A stretch of 64,000 nucleotides of DNA, from positions 992,001-1,056,000 of the forward strand of contig CAVXWP010000001.1 in assembly GCA_963765495.1 (NCBI GenBank), written 5' to 3'. Below the pieces are notes generated by a model that saw only the letters and a list, made by a program, of their open reading frames with translations, made no database searches and had not been told where the DNA came from. The stretch is from Blastocatellia bacterium (lineage in GTDB: Bacteria; Acidobacteriota; Blastocatellia; UBA7656). The position numbers and the translations under genes are program-made. Shown one piece after another: positions 10,786 to 19,471 of the stretch (positions are counted from its first letter, which is position 1; each line of letters opens with the position of its first letter).

Positions 10786-10852
10786 ATTCATTCGGGAATT
10801 GGTATAAGAGATCACTGTGTCTGCGGTGCCTCTGTTGCGAATTCCTTTGATA

Positions 10853-12241
10853 TTAAAGAGGGAGTGTGACCGTAAATGTGCTGCCGCGCCCGGGCTGGCT
10901 GTCAAGGTCAATAGTGCCGTTGTGCGATTCGGCTACCCATCTGGCTATCGAAAGCCCGAGCCCGCTTCCGCCTTCGGCGCGAGAGCGCGCTTTAGAGACT
11001 CTGTAAAACCTCTCGAAGACGTGGCTTGCGGCATCGACCGGGATCCCTATGCCGGTATCGGAGACGATTATCTTTGCCTGTCGCTTTCCGCTTTCCAGCC
11101 TTACGACGATAGAGCCGCCCGTGGGCGTGTATTTCACCGCGTTATCGAGCAGATTCAAAATCAGCCGCCTCAGCATATCTTCATCGCCCTGAAACGGTGC
11201 GTCCTGACCGGAATCCGATACGAGAGCCACGCCCTTTCGAAGTGCAAGGATTTGCGCCGCCTTGCAGCATTCTTCGACCAGATCGTTCAGATAAAACTCT
11301 TCCCGGACCATTGGGCGCTGTCCCGCGTCTGCGCGAGCAAGCGCGAGCATATCGTCTACGATGCGGGAAAGTCTGCGGGTTTCGTCCTGAATGATCGCAA
11401 GCGATTCTCTGTATTCATGGGCGTCGCGGTCCTGGGACAGCGCCACTTCGGCCTCGCCCCTTATGATCGAAAGCGGGGTGCGAAGCTCGTGCGAAGCGTC
11501 GGCCATAAACCCCTTCATCTTTTCGAATGACTGTTCGAGCCGGGAAAGCAACTCGTTGAAGACTTCGGCAAGCAGCCCGAGTTCGTCGCTTTTGTTGCGA
11601 ACCTTCAGCCGTTCGTGGAGGTTGCTTGCGCCTATCGCGCGAGCCTGATCCGACATTATCACTACGGGCGCGAGGCTCTTTCTGGCGAGCAAAAATCCTC
11701 CAAACCCGGCTATGAAAAGCGCCGTAGGCAACGCCATATAATAAATGCGCCTCGTGGCCTCGAGTTGCTCGATCACATCGTGCAACGGTTCGGCAATAAC
11801 AACGAAATACTTTGCGCCCTCCTGTTTGATTGGAAGCGCCACAACGCGCGCGCCCTCTTCGCCAAAGCCGTCTGTTGTGTGAAATGCCGGGCGGTCGCCG
11901 CCTGTCGCCTGAAAGAGTTCCGATGTGAGCGCGGGGGACAAGTCCTGCGGGTAGTTTGAAGCCAGCAATTGATCTCCGGCATAGAAGGACGTGTAGAGGC
12001 CGGGCAACGACAGCTCGCGCAGGGTCTCTTCGGCTCCGAGCTTCGTATTGCCTCCGTTTTCTTCTGTCTCCCCCACGAATTCCGAGGCCATACTTTTGGC
12101 GGCCTTCGAGAGCGAGTCGTCCATCTGATTGTATAGATTTCTTGACAGCAGCGCATAAGTGAAGACGCTGAAGCCAATGAGCAACAACCCGAAGATCAGC
12201 ACATACCAGAGCGTAAGACGTACGCGAATGCTGCTAAACAC
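10853..12241 (-). CDS. HAMP-domain sensor histidine kinase
   Basis: Two TMs, ADASHELRTPL H-box, NLLDNAVKY, DTGIGIP and GSGLGLSIA. Confidence 0.96.
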   Translation of the reverse strand: MFSSIRVRLTLWYVLIFGLLLIGFSVFTYALLSRNLYNQMDDSLSKAAKSMASEFVGETEENGGNTKLGAEETLRELSLPGLYTSFYAGDQLLASNYPQDLSPALTSELFQATGGDRPAFHTTDGFGEEGARVVALPIKQEGAKYFVVIAEPLHDVIEQLEATRRIYYMALPTALFIAGFGGFLLARKSLAPVVIMSDQARAIGASNLHERLKVRNKSDELGLLAEVFNELLSRLEQSFEKMKGFMADASHELRTPLSIIRGEAEVALSQDRDAHEYRESLAIIQDETRRLSRIVDDMLALARADAGQRPMVREEFYLNDLVEECCKAAQILALRKGVALVSDSGQDAPFQGDEDMLRRLILNLLDNAVKYTPTGGSIVVRLESGKRQAKIIVSDTGIGIPVDAASHVFERFYRVSKARSRAEGGSGLGLSIARWVAESHNGTIDLDSQPGRGSTFTVTLPL

Positions 12242-12923
12242 TTTCGCCCTCCAGATCGGCCGAGAAGATATAACCTTCGCCGCGTCGTGTGTGAATCAGC
12301 GTTCTGTCAAAACCTTCATCGATCTTCTTTCGCAGGCGGCGCACATACACGTCTATGACATTTGAAAAGGGATCGAAATTCTCATCCCAGACGTGTTGAG
12401 CAATCTCGCTGCGCCCGAGCAGTTTGCCCTCTCTCATCATAAAGAACTCAAGCAGGGCGTACTCTTTGGCGGTCAGGCTGATGCTTTGCCCCCGTCGCGT
12501 GACGCCGTGGCTCGTCGTGTTGAGAGTCAAATCGGCCGTCTGAAGCACTTCCGGCCTTAGTTCCTTCGATCTTCTGAGGAGCGCGCGCACGCGAGCGAGC
12601 AGTTCCTTGAAATCGAAAGGCTTGGTCAGGTAATCATCTGCGCCTGAGTCAAGCCCGGCGACCCGATCATCAATGTCGTCGCGGGCGGTCAGCATCAGAA
12701 TCGGAGTCACAGCGCCCCGGGTGCGAAGCTTGCGACACACGGTGAACCCGTCCTTTACCGGCAACATCACGTCGAGGATTATCAAATCGTATTCGTTGAG
12801 AAAAGCCTGATAGAGAGCCTCTTCGCCGTCGGAGGCGATGTCAACCGCATAGCTCTGCTCGCGCAGCCCCTTCGATATGAAGCGCGCGACTCGCGGCTCG
12901 TCTTCTACAAGTAAAACTCTCAA
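12234..12923 (-). CDS. OmpR-family response regulator (CusR/CopR-like)
   Basis: LLVEDE, ILDVMLP, GADDYLTKPF and NVIDVYVRRLRKK. TTG start chosen because it follows GAAGAGG and lies downstream of the promoter motif. Confidence 0.95.
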   Translation of the reverse strand: MRVLLVEDEPRVARFISKGLREQSYAVDIASDGEEALYQAFLNEYDLIILDVMLPVKDGFTVCRKLRTRGAVTPILMLTARDDIDDRVAGLDSGADDYLTKPFDFKELLARVRALLRRSKELRPEVLQTADLTLNTTSHGVTRRGQSISLTAKEYALLEFFMMREGKLLGRSEIAQHVWDENFDPFSNVIDVYVRRLRKKIDEGFDRTLIHTRRGEGYIFSADLEGESV

Positions 12924-12957
12924 TCTCGCTCGGCCTCTTCGCGATGTGCTCAAGGAT

Positions 12958-12989
12958 ATTTTAGCAGGAGAAGATTAAAATTCGATGAG
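12958..12989 (-). promoter_or_regulatory. putative autoregulatory OmpR box plus -10
   Basis: CTCATC-N5-TTAATC-N9-TAAAAT. Confidence 0.65.
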
Positions 12990-13002
12990 CAACGAAAGCG
13001 AA

Positions 13003-13083
13003 GATTCGTGATTCGTGATTTTCAAGCAGGCAGCTTGTTAAAGACGATTTGCAAAACTGTTTGGGTCACGCATCACGCATCAC
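13003..13083. repeat. TGATNCG-armed palindromic element with conserved core (copy A)
   Basis: gattcgtgattcgtgat...tcacgcatcacgcatcac. The core aligns with copies at 15.9, 19.3 and 24.2 kb. Confidence 0.85.
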
Positions 13084-13091
13084 TTGCCTTT

Positions 13092-15872
13092 TCAGCCCGT
13101 GTTGCGAAGCCCCGCCGCGATGCCGTTTATCGTGGCCGCGAGCGCGTAATTCAATTCTTCGCCCTGCTCGCCTGCTCGCTTGCGGCGCAACAACTCGACT
13201 TGAATCAGGCTCATGGGATCGACGTAAGGGTTTCGCAATTTTATCGAACGGGCAAGGACCGGGTTGGTTTCAAGCAGACGAGTCTGCCCGCTCACCTTCA
13301 AAATCATGCGGATTGAGCGTTCGAACTCTTCGGCTATCATGGGAAAGACACGCTCTCTGAGTTTTTGATCCGAAACCAGTTCGGCATAAAGCTGCGCTAT
13401 ACCGAGGTCGGCTTTTGCAAGCGCCATCTCCATGTTTCGGATCATGTCTCGAAAGAGCGGGAACCGCACCATCATAGCCTTCAGCAGCGCCTCGTTTTCG
13501 GCGCTCTTTTGTGCGAAGCGTTCTAGCGCATAGCCTACGCCGAAATAGGCGGGCAACACGCTGCGACTCTGCATCCAGCCAAAGACCCACGGTATGGCCC
13601 GCAAATCATCGAGGCCGCGACTCTCGCCGCGTCGCGCCGGACGCGACCCTATCATCGCGTGCTTTAATTCGAGGACCGGCGTCGATTCTTCAAAGTAAGG
13701 CAGGATGTCTGGGTTGTCGTAAACCTTCTCGCGGTAGCAGGCAAAAGCATCCCTCGACATGCTCTCCATAGCCGCTTCCCATTCCTCTTTTACCCCGGCC
13801 TCCTGGTTGCCTGCTTCGGCAAGGGATTCGAGCGCGGCGGCTATCATCACTTCAAGGCTGTTTTCGGCAAGCACAGGGTCGGAGTATTTCCAGTTCAATA
13901 CTTCGCCCTGTTCGGTTATCTTCATCTGCCCGCTGAATGCCCCGGCGGGTTGAGCGAGTATCGCTCGAAACGTAGGCCCGCCGCCTCGCCCGACCGTACC
14001 GCCTCGCCCGTGAAAGAGCCTCAATTTCACGCCACACTCGCGCGCCACATCGTGCAACGCACGGTGAGCCTTGAAGATTTCCCAAGTGCTTGTAAGCATC
14101 CCGCCGTCCTTGTTCGAATCCGAGTAACCGAGCATCACTTCCTGATTGCGACCCCAGGAATCGATTAGCCTCGCGTAATCGGGCAGCGTCCAGAGTCGGC
14201 GGCATATTTCGGGGCAGTTGCGCAAATCCTCTATGGATTCAAACAGAGGGACGGGAAGGATGCCGGGGTCATCCCGGGATGAGGCCGCGACCCGCACCCC
14301 GCTCAACTCCGCGAGCCACGCCACGGCCAGAATGTCTTCGACGCATTGAGAGCCGCTGATTACATAGCTTTGTATGGCGCGCGGCGAATAATCCTTTTTG
14401 AACTCCGCCACGGCGCGCAGGGTGTCAAGCAGGTCGGTGGTTTCGGGTGAAGGCGGAGAGGGCAGATGAGAGCTTCCGCTTTCGCACAGCAGATCACCGC
14501 TTGAAAGCTCTTTTATAGCGCCTCGGTGCAGGCGGGCGTGCTGACGTATGTCGAGAGTGTGCAGGTGAAAGCTGAAGGTCTCGACCTGTCTGAGCAGAGG
14601 CGAAATCAGCAATCGGGCGAGCCTCTCTCCTTTATTGCTCTCAAGGCTTTCGCGCATGACGGACAGGTCGGCGGCAAATTCCCGCGCATCAGGATACGCA
14701 TCATCGTGCTTTGGATCGTCGAGCGTTCGCTGCAATCTGAGCAGTACGTAAACCAGAAAGCGGCGATAGGGTTCGTTTTCCCAGCCGGTTCCCGCCTTTA
14801 AATCCGTGGAGGTGATGGTCGAGGTGTAACGGTCGAGCCTCTGCTGTAATGATCTGGAAATCCCGGTCTGCATACGCGATGTGCTGAGTCTCCTGACCAG
14901 TTCTTCGGTCGCGTTTATGTAGTGACCCAGTATGGTTTCGCGGGCCATACGCAATGCCTCGCCCGTCGTTTCGGGTGTGACATAAGGATTGCCGTCGCGG
15001 TCGCCGCCTATCCACGAGCCGAACCTGACAAGCGCGGGCAGATCGCTTGCGGCAATTTCAAGCCCGAACACAGAGCGAAAGGCACTGGCTATCCCATCGT
15101 AAAGCCCCGGCAACGTGGGTATGAGCGTGGTCGGATAATAATCCAACCCCATCTTTATTTCATCGCGCACGGTGGGCCGCTGGCGGCGCACTTCGTCCGT
15201 CTGCCAGAGGGCCGTGATTTCGGCGGCTATAGCCTCTTCGTGTTCGGCGGCTTCCGATTCGGTGAGTGGAAGGCGGTCGAGTTTTTCCAGTCTCTCAGAG
15301 ATTCGCCTTCTTTTGAGCAACACCGTCCGCCTTGCGACCTCGGTCGGATGGGCGGTGAAGACAGGGATGATCTCTATCTCTTTGAGCAGCGCGAGCGCCT
15401 CTTCTGCGGATGTCCCCGCTTCCTTCAAATGCGCGAGCGCGCCGCGAAATGAACGTCTCTCAAAATTGCGATCCGGCGATAGCTCTGCCGCGCGGCGGCG
15501 GCGTTTGCGGTGATTGGTTTCAGCCAGATTGGTCAATTCGAAATAGATGGCGAATGCTTTTGTCAGATGATAGGCGCGGTCGAGGTCGGCTCGGCTGATG
15601 ATGCTTCTGGCGCGTTCGAGCAATTCGGCCTCGCCCGAATCTGCCTGACTTTCCAGGCGCAATTCCCTGTGCTGAATGGCGAGCAGCCGAAGCTCCTCGA
15701 CCGCATCAAAAAGTTTTTGCCCGCCCTGTTCCTTCAACACCTCGCCAAGCAACCGCCCAAGCGAGCGCACGTCGCGGCGCAGCGGCTTTTCTTTCTCCTC
15801 GCCCGAATCACCGATCAATTCGACCAGCCGCGCGATCTGATCTTCGGTCTCCCATAATGGTTCTGCCTTCAT
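13092..15872 (-). CDS. ppc: phosphoenolpyruvate carboxylase
   Basis: FTAHPTE, WIGGDRDGNP, VMLGYSDSNKDGG, FHGRGGTVGRGG and a GLRNTG C-terminus. Confidence 0.98.
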   Translation of the reverse strand: MKAEPLWETEDQIARLVELIGDSGEEKEKPLRRDVRSLGRLLGEVLKEQGGQKLFDAVEELRLLAIQHRELRLESQADSGEAELLERARSIISRADLDRAYHLTKAFAIYFELTNLAETNHRKRRRRAAELSPDRNFERRSFRGALAHLKEAGTSAEEALALLKEIEIIPVFTAHPTEVARRTVLLKRRRISERLEKLDRLPLTESEAAEHEEAIAAEITALWQTDEVRRQRPTVRDEIKMGLDYYPTTLIPTLPGLYDGIASAFRSVFGLEIAASDLPALVRFGSWIGGDRDGNPYVTPETTGEALRMARETILGHYINATEELVRRLSTSRMQTGISRSLQQRLDRYTSTITSTDLKAGTGWENEPYRRFLVYVLLRLQRTLDDPKHDDAYPDAREFAADLSVMRESLESNKGERLARLLISPLLRQVETFSFHLHTLDIRQHARLHRGAIKELSSGDLLCESGSSHLPSPPSPETTDLLDTLRAVAEFKKDYSPRAIQSYVISGSQCVEDILAVAWLAELSGVRVAASSRDDPGILPVPLFESIEDLRNCPEICRRLWTLPDYARLIDSWGRNQEVMLGYSDSNKDGGMLTSTWEIFKAHRALHDVARECGVKLRLFHGRGGTVGRGGGPTFRAILAQPAGAFSGQMKITEQGEVLNWKYSDPVLAENSLEVMIAAALESLAEAGNQEAGVKEEWEAAMESMSRDAFACYREKVYDNPDILPYFEESTPVLELKHAMIGSRPARRGESRGLDDLRAIPWVFGWMQSRSVLPAYFGVGYALERFAQKSAENEALLKAMMVRFPLFRDMIRNMEMALAKADLGIAQLYAELVSDQKLRERVFPMIAEEFERSIRMILKVSGQTRLLETNPVLARSIKLRNPYVDPMSLIQVELLRRKRAGEQGEELNYALAATINGIAAGLRNTG

Positions 15873-15941
15873 AGCCTGTTACCTGATCCCCTCTTAATTG
15901 AGCATAAGTGATGCTCCGGCAGATGAGCAATAGATCGAGGC

Positions 15942-16050
15942 TGATCCGTGAAAAGTGATTCGTGAAAAGTGATTCGTGACTTCCAGGCATCGCGCTTGTA
16001 AAAACCGACTTGCAAGCCTGCTTGCGTCACGGATCACGGATCACGAATCA
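15942..16050. repeat. TGATNCG-armed palindromic element (copy B)
   Basis: gtgaaaagtgattcgtgaaaagtgattcgtgac...tcacggatcacggatcacgaatca. Confidence 0.85.
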
Positions 16051-16062
16051 TTGTCCTGTCCG

Positions 16063-16090
16063 GGAATAATTTTAACCGGCAGCGGGTATA
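16063..16090 (+). promoter_or_regulatory. candidate ECF-sigma promoter
   Basis: GGAATA-N15-GGGTATA about 40 nt upstream of the ECF gene. ECF sigmas usually autoregulate. Confidence 0.4.
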
Positions 16091-16125
16091 CTCTCATGTC
16101 ATAGATATTTAGTGACGGAGATAAA

Positions 16126-16668
16126 TTGGCAGAGCCGAGATCAGATTCGCCCATACTGAAATTTGAACGGGAAGCCCTGACGCATCTTGATGCATTGATG
16201 AGGGCCGCTACGCGGATCGTGCGCGCTCGCCAGGAGGCCGAAGACATCGTGCAGGAGACTTATCTGCGGGCGTGGAAGTATTTCGACTCTTTCGAGACCG
16301 GATCAAATTGCGCCTCGTGGTTGTTCCGCATAATGTTCAACGTCATAAACGGCAGAAAGGGAAAAGAGGCCAGAATGCCCGAGTCTCCGCTTGAAAATGA
16401 AGATCGAATCGATTATCAGCCTGGCAATGTAGTTGCGATGGACCCGCTCAAGCGACTCGAAGGCCGAGAGGTGCTGGAAGCAACTGAGCAATTATCCGAA
16501 GATCACCGCTCGGTTTTGTGGCTGGTCGTGGTCGAAGAGTTTTCGTATAAGGAGGCGGCCGACATACTCGGCGTCCCTATAGGGACGGTGATGTCACGTC
16601 TTCATCGCGCTCGCCGCGACCTCCGCAGGATACTTATAACAAGCGGGCTGAAAGGCGCTGCGGGGTAA
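16126..16668 (+). CDS. ECF sigma-70 factor
   Basis: AEDIVQETYLRAW, SWLFRI and SYKEAADILGVPIGTVMSRLHRAR. Confidence 0.96.
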   Translation: MAEPRSDSPILKFEREALTHLDALMRAATRIVRARQEAEDIVQETYLRAWKYFDSFETGSNCASWLFRIMFNVINGRKGKEARMPESPLENEDRIDYQPGNVVAMDPLKRLEGREVLEATEQLSEDHRSVLWLVVVEEFSYKEAADILGVPIGTVMSRLHRARRDLRRILITSGLKGAAG

Positions 16669-16720
16669 GTTCCCGTGCCGCCGGAGCATCGAATATAGTA
16701 AAGTAGGATTTGAGCTAACG

Positions 16721-17479
16721 ATGAATTGCAACGAAGTAAAAGAGATAATCCAGATTTACATGGATAGCGAACTGGATGCCCGAAACACGCTCGAGGCGCA
16801 ACGTCATCTGGACGGCTGTCCCTCGTGCCTTTCGCTGCTAAACGTGTTTCTGGATCAGGACCGGCTGTTGAAAGAAACCGCTCTCGCTGAAACGAGCGAC
16901 AACGGAAGGCTTCGCAAAGAGATACTTCAAGCCCTCCCAAAAGATGTCGCACGCGCACGCGGTAGCGTTGTATCGGCCTCGATTTTGAAGCGGGCAGCAG
17001 CAATTGCGGTCATCGCAACCCTCGCCGCGATATTTTTCCTGCGAGGCGCAACGCCCTTTATAGAGAATAAAGTTTATGCCGCCGCCGCCGCCGATCACGC
17101 CGCGCATTGCTCTATGGACAAGCTTGTGACGGCGATAAGCGATACTGATCAGATAAACCGTCTTATGGATCAATACGGCCAGATGAAAAATCCGCCCGAT
17201 CTTTCCCTATTCGGCTTTGGCGAACTTCGCGCAAAAGAGTGTCCAATCAACGGCGTAAGATGGCTTCACCTGATCTATCACGACTCAAGCGAGCGCCCGC
17301 TCTCTGTTTACATAGCGCCCCGCGGTGAAGCCCCGGCTGCCGGAGAACTGGTCGTGTTGGAGGAAAACGGCTACGAGGTTGCATCAATTGCCAGATCGGG
17401 CATTAATCTGATGGTCGTGTCATCTCTGGATAAAAAGCAAACTTCCGAAATAGCCCGCGCGATTACCGCGCAACTATAA
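16721..17479 (+). CDS. zinc-binding (zf-HC2) transmembrane anti-sigma factor
   Basis: HLDGCPSC ZAS motif, one TM and a periplasmic domain with Cys. Confidence 0.9.
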   Translation: MNCNEVKEIIQIYMDSELDARNTLEAQRHLDGCPSCLSLLNVFLDQDRLLKETALAETSDNGRLRKEILQALPKDVARARGSVVSASILKRAAAIAVIATLAAIFFLRGATPFIENKVYAAAAADHAAHCSMDKLVTAISDTDQINRLMDQYGQMKNPPDLSLFGFGELRAKECPINGVRWLHLIYHDSSERPLSVYIAPRGEAPAAGELVVLEENGYEVASIARSGINLMVVSSLDKKQTSEIARAITAQL

Positions 17480-17491
17480 AGCGAGACGATT

Positions 17492-18331
17492 ATGAAATAT
17501 CCTGTCACCATGCTTGTGATCCTTGTCGCATTGCTCGTCTTTTCATTTGCGATTACTCATCGGAAGGGCGACCGCCCGGCTGTCGGCACGTTCGAGCAAA
17601 CCGTCGAAGCCGCTACCGCATCAGGCGCGCCCGTCATAGTCGAGCTGTTCACATCCGAAGGGTGTTCGAGTTGTCCGCCTGCCGATCAGGTGCTCGCTCA
17701 ACTCGACAGAGAGCAACCCGTTCAGGGCGCGATGGTCATCGCGCTCAGCGAGCACGTAGACTATTGGAACTATATAGGCTGGACCGACCCCTATTCATCA
17801 TCCGCCTACAGCACGCGGCAGAACCGATATGCCGAGGTCTTTGGCCGCGATCAAATCTATACGCCACAGATGGTCGTTGACGGGCAGGCGGAATTCGTAG
17901 GCAGCAGCATGGATCGAGCGCGCAACGCGATTTCCAAAGCCGCGCAGTCTCCAAAGGCAACCGTGCAAATCTCTCGCGCCTTGCAGCCTGCCGGAAGCGA
18001 TAAGGTTCAACTCAAAGTTCACGTCGAAAACATGCCTGCCGTCAAAGACGGCAACGGGGTCGAGGTGATGCTTGCCGTAACAGAGAACAACCTGCGTTCA
18101 TCGGTTCAACGCGGGGAGAATGCCGGGCGCAAACTCGCCCACAGCGCCGTCACGCGAAGCCTCACGACCATAGGCCAGATCGCTTCGGGTAAGAATAATT
18201 TCGACGCCGAGCCCGTCATATCGCTTGCGAAAGAGTGGAAACCGACGGATTTGCGGGCGGTTATTTTTTTACAGGAACGCACAAGTCGCCGCATAATCGG
18301 GGCCGGGCAGATCAGTCTGGCCAAAGAGTAA
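17492..18331 (+). CDS. DUF1223 secreted thioredoxin-fold protein
   Basis: VELFTSEGCSSCPPAD, HVDYWNYIGWTDPYS and YTPQMVVDG. Confidence 0.92.
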   Translation: MKYPVTMLVILVALLVFSFAITHRKGDRPAVGTFEQTVEAATASGAPVIVELFTSEGCSSCPPADQVLAQLDREQPVQGAMVIALSEHVDYWNYIGWTDPYSSSAYSTRQNRYAEVFGRDQIYTPQMVVDGQAEFVGSSMDRARNAISKAAQSPKATVQISRALQPAGSDKVQLKVHVENMPAVKDGNGVEVMLAVTENNLRSSVQRGENAGRKLAHSAVTRSLTTIGQIASGKNNFDAEPVISLAKEWKPTDLRAVIFLQERTSRRIIGAGQISLAKE

Positions 18332-18350
18332 CGCATTCAAGATCACTCGC

Positions 18351-18409
18351 CCCCATCTGAGATTTCAAATCTCAAATCTCAAATCTCAAATCCCAAATCT
18401 CGGATGGGG
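18351..18409. repeat. CAAATCT heptamer palindromic element
   Basis: ccccatctgagattt / aaatctcggatgggg inverted ends enclosing tandem caaatct units. Confidence 0.8.
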
Positions 18410-18506
18410 TTCACCTCTCAGGCGAATATCTGTATATTATGAAACCTGAATGGTGGACACTTTATCAAATCCGGGCTCAGCCAAAGAGCATTCCGAAAGG
18501 GTCTCG

Positions 18507-19274
18507 ATGACCGTTCGCGTGCTGGGTTGTTCCGGCGGGCAGGTGCCCGGACATAACCTGTCTTCGTATTTGATGAACGACTCTTTGTTGATTGACGCGG
18601 GCTCGACTACCTCGGTGCTTGATCTGGAAGAGCAGGCAAAGATCGAAAATATTCTCATCACTCACGCCCATCTTGACCACGCGGGGTCGCTTGCCACTTT
18701 GTCTGACAATATGTTCGACCAGCGCGCAGACAGCATAATCGTCTGGGGGATACGCGAGACAATCTCTGCGCTCACGCTCTCGTTTTTCAATAATGTAATC
18801 TGGCCCGATTTCACAAGACTCACGAGCCGCGACCGGCCTCACCCGGTCATAGTGCTGCGCGAGCTACAGGAAGAACGGCCTGAGACGATAGGCGATTTTA
18901 CCATCACCGCCGTTGCCGTAGCTCATTCGGTCCCGGGAGTAGCCTATTTTATCGAGCGCCGGGGGACGACCCTCCTCCACGTAGGAGACACGGGGCCGAC
19001 CGAAAGAGTCTGGCAGATGGCCCGAATGGTTGAAAATCTCAGCGCCCTGACGCTCGAAGCCTCCTTCCCGAACAGACTCAAAGAGATTGCAGCCCGAAGC
19101 GGCCACCTGACGCCGGAGACCCTGGCCGGTGAGCTTGCCAAACTCGACAGACCAGATGTCCCCGTCTATGTCACACACCTCAAACCCGCCTATCGCGATG
19201 AGATTATCGCGGAACTCAAAGAAGTGCGGGGATATTCGCTGACTCTGATGAATGACGGCGATGTGATTCGTTTC

Positions 19275-19277
<3 letters not shown>
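18507..19277 (+). CDS. class II cyclic-nucleotide phosphodiesterase (MBL fold)
   Basis: VLGCSGG, IDAG, THAHLDH, FNNVIWPDF, GDTGPT and SGHLTP. Confidence 0.88.
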
Positions 19278-19464
<187 letters not shown>

Positions 19465-19471
19465 TTTCCCC

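Noticed and set aside
10817-11530. 237-aa plus-strand ORF
   Set aside because: It is a typical antisense shadow of a histidine kinase.
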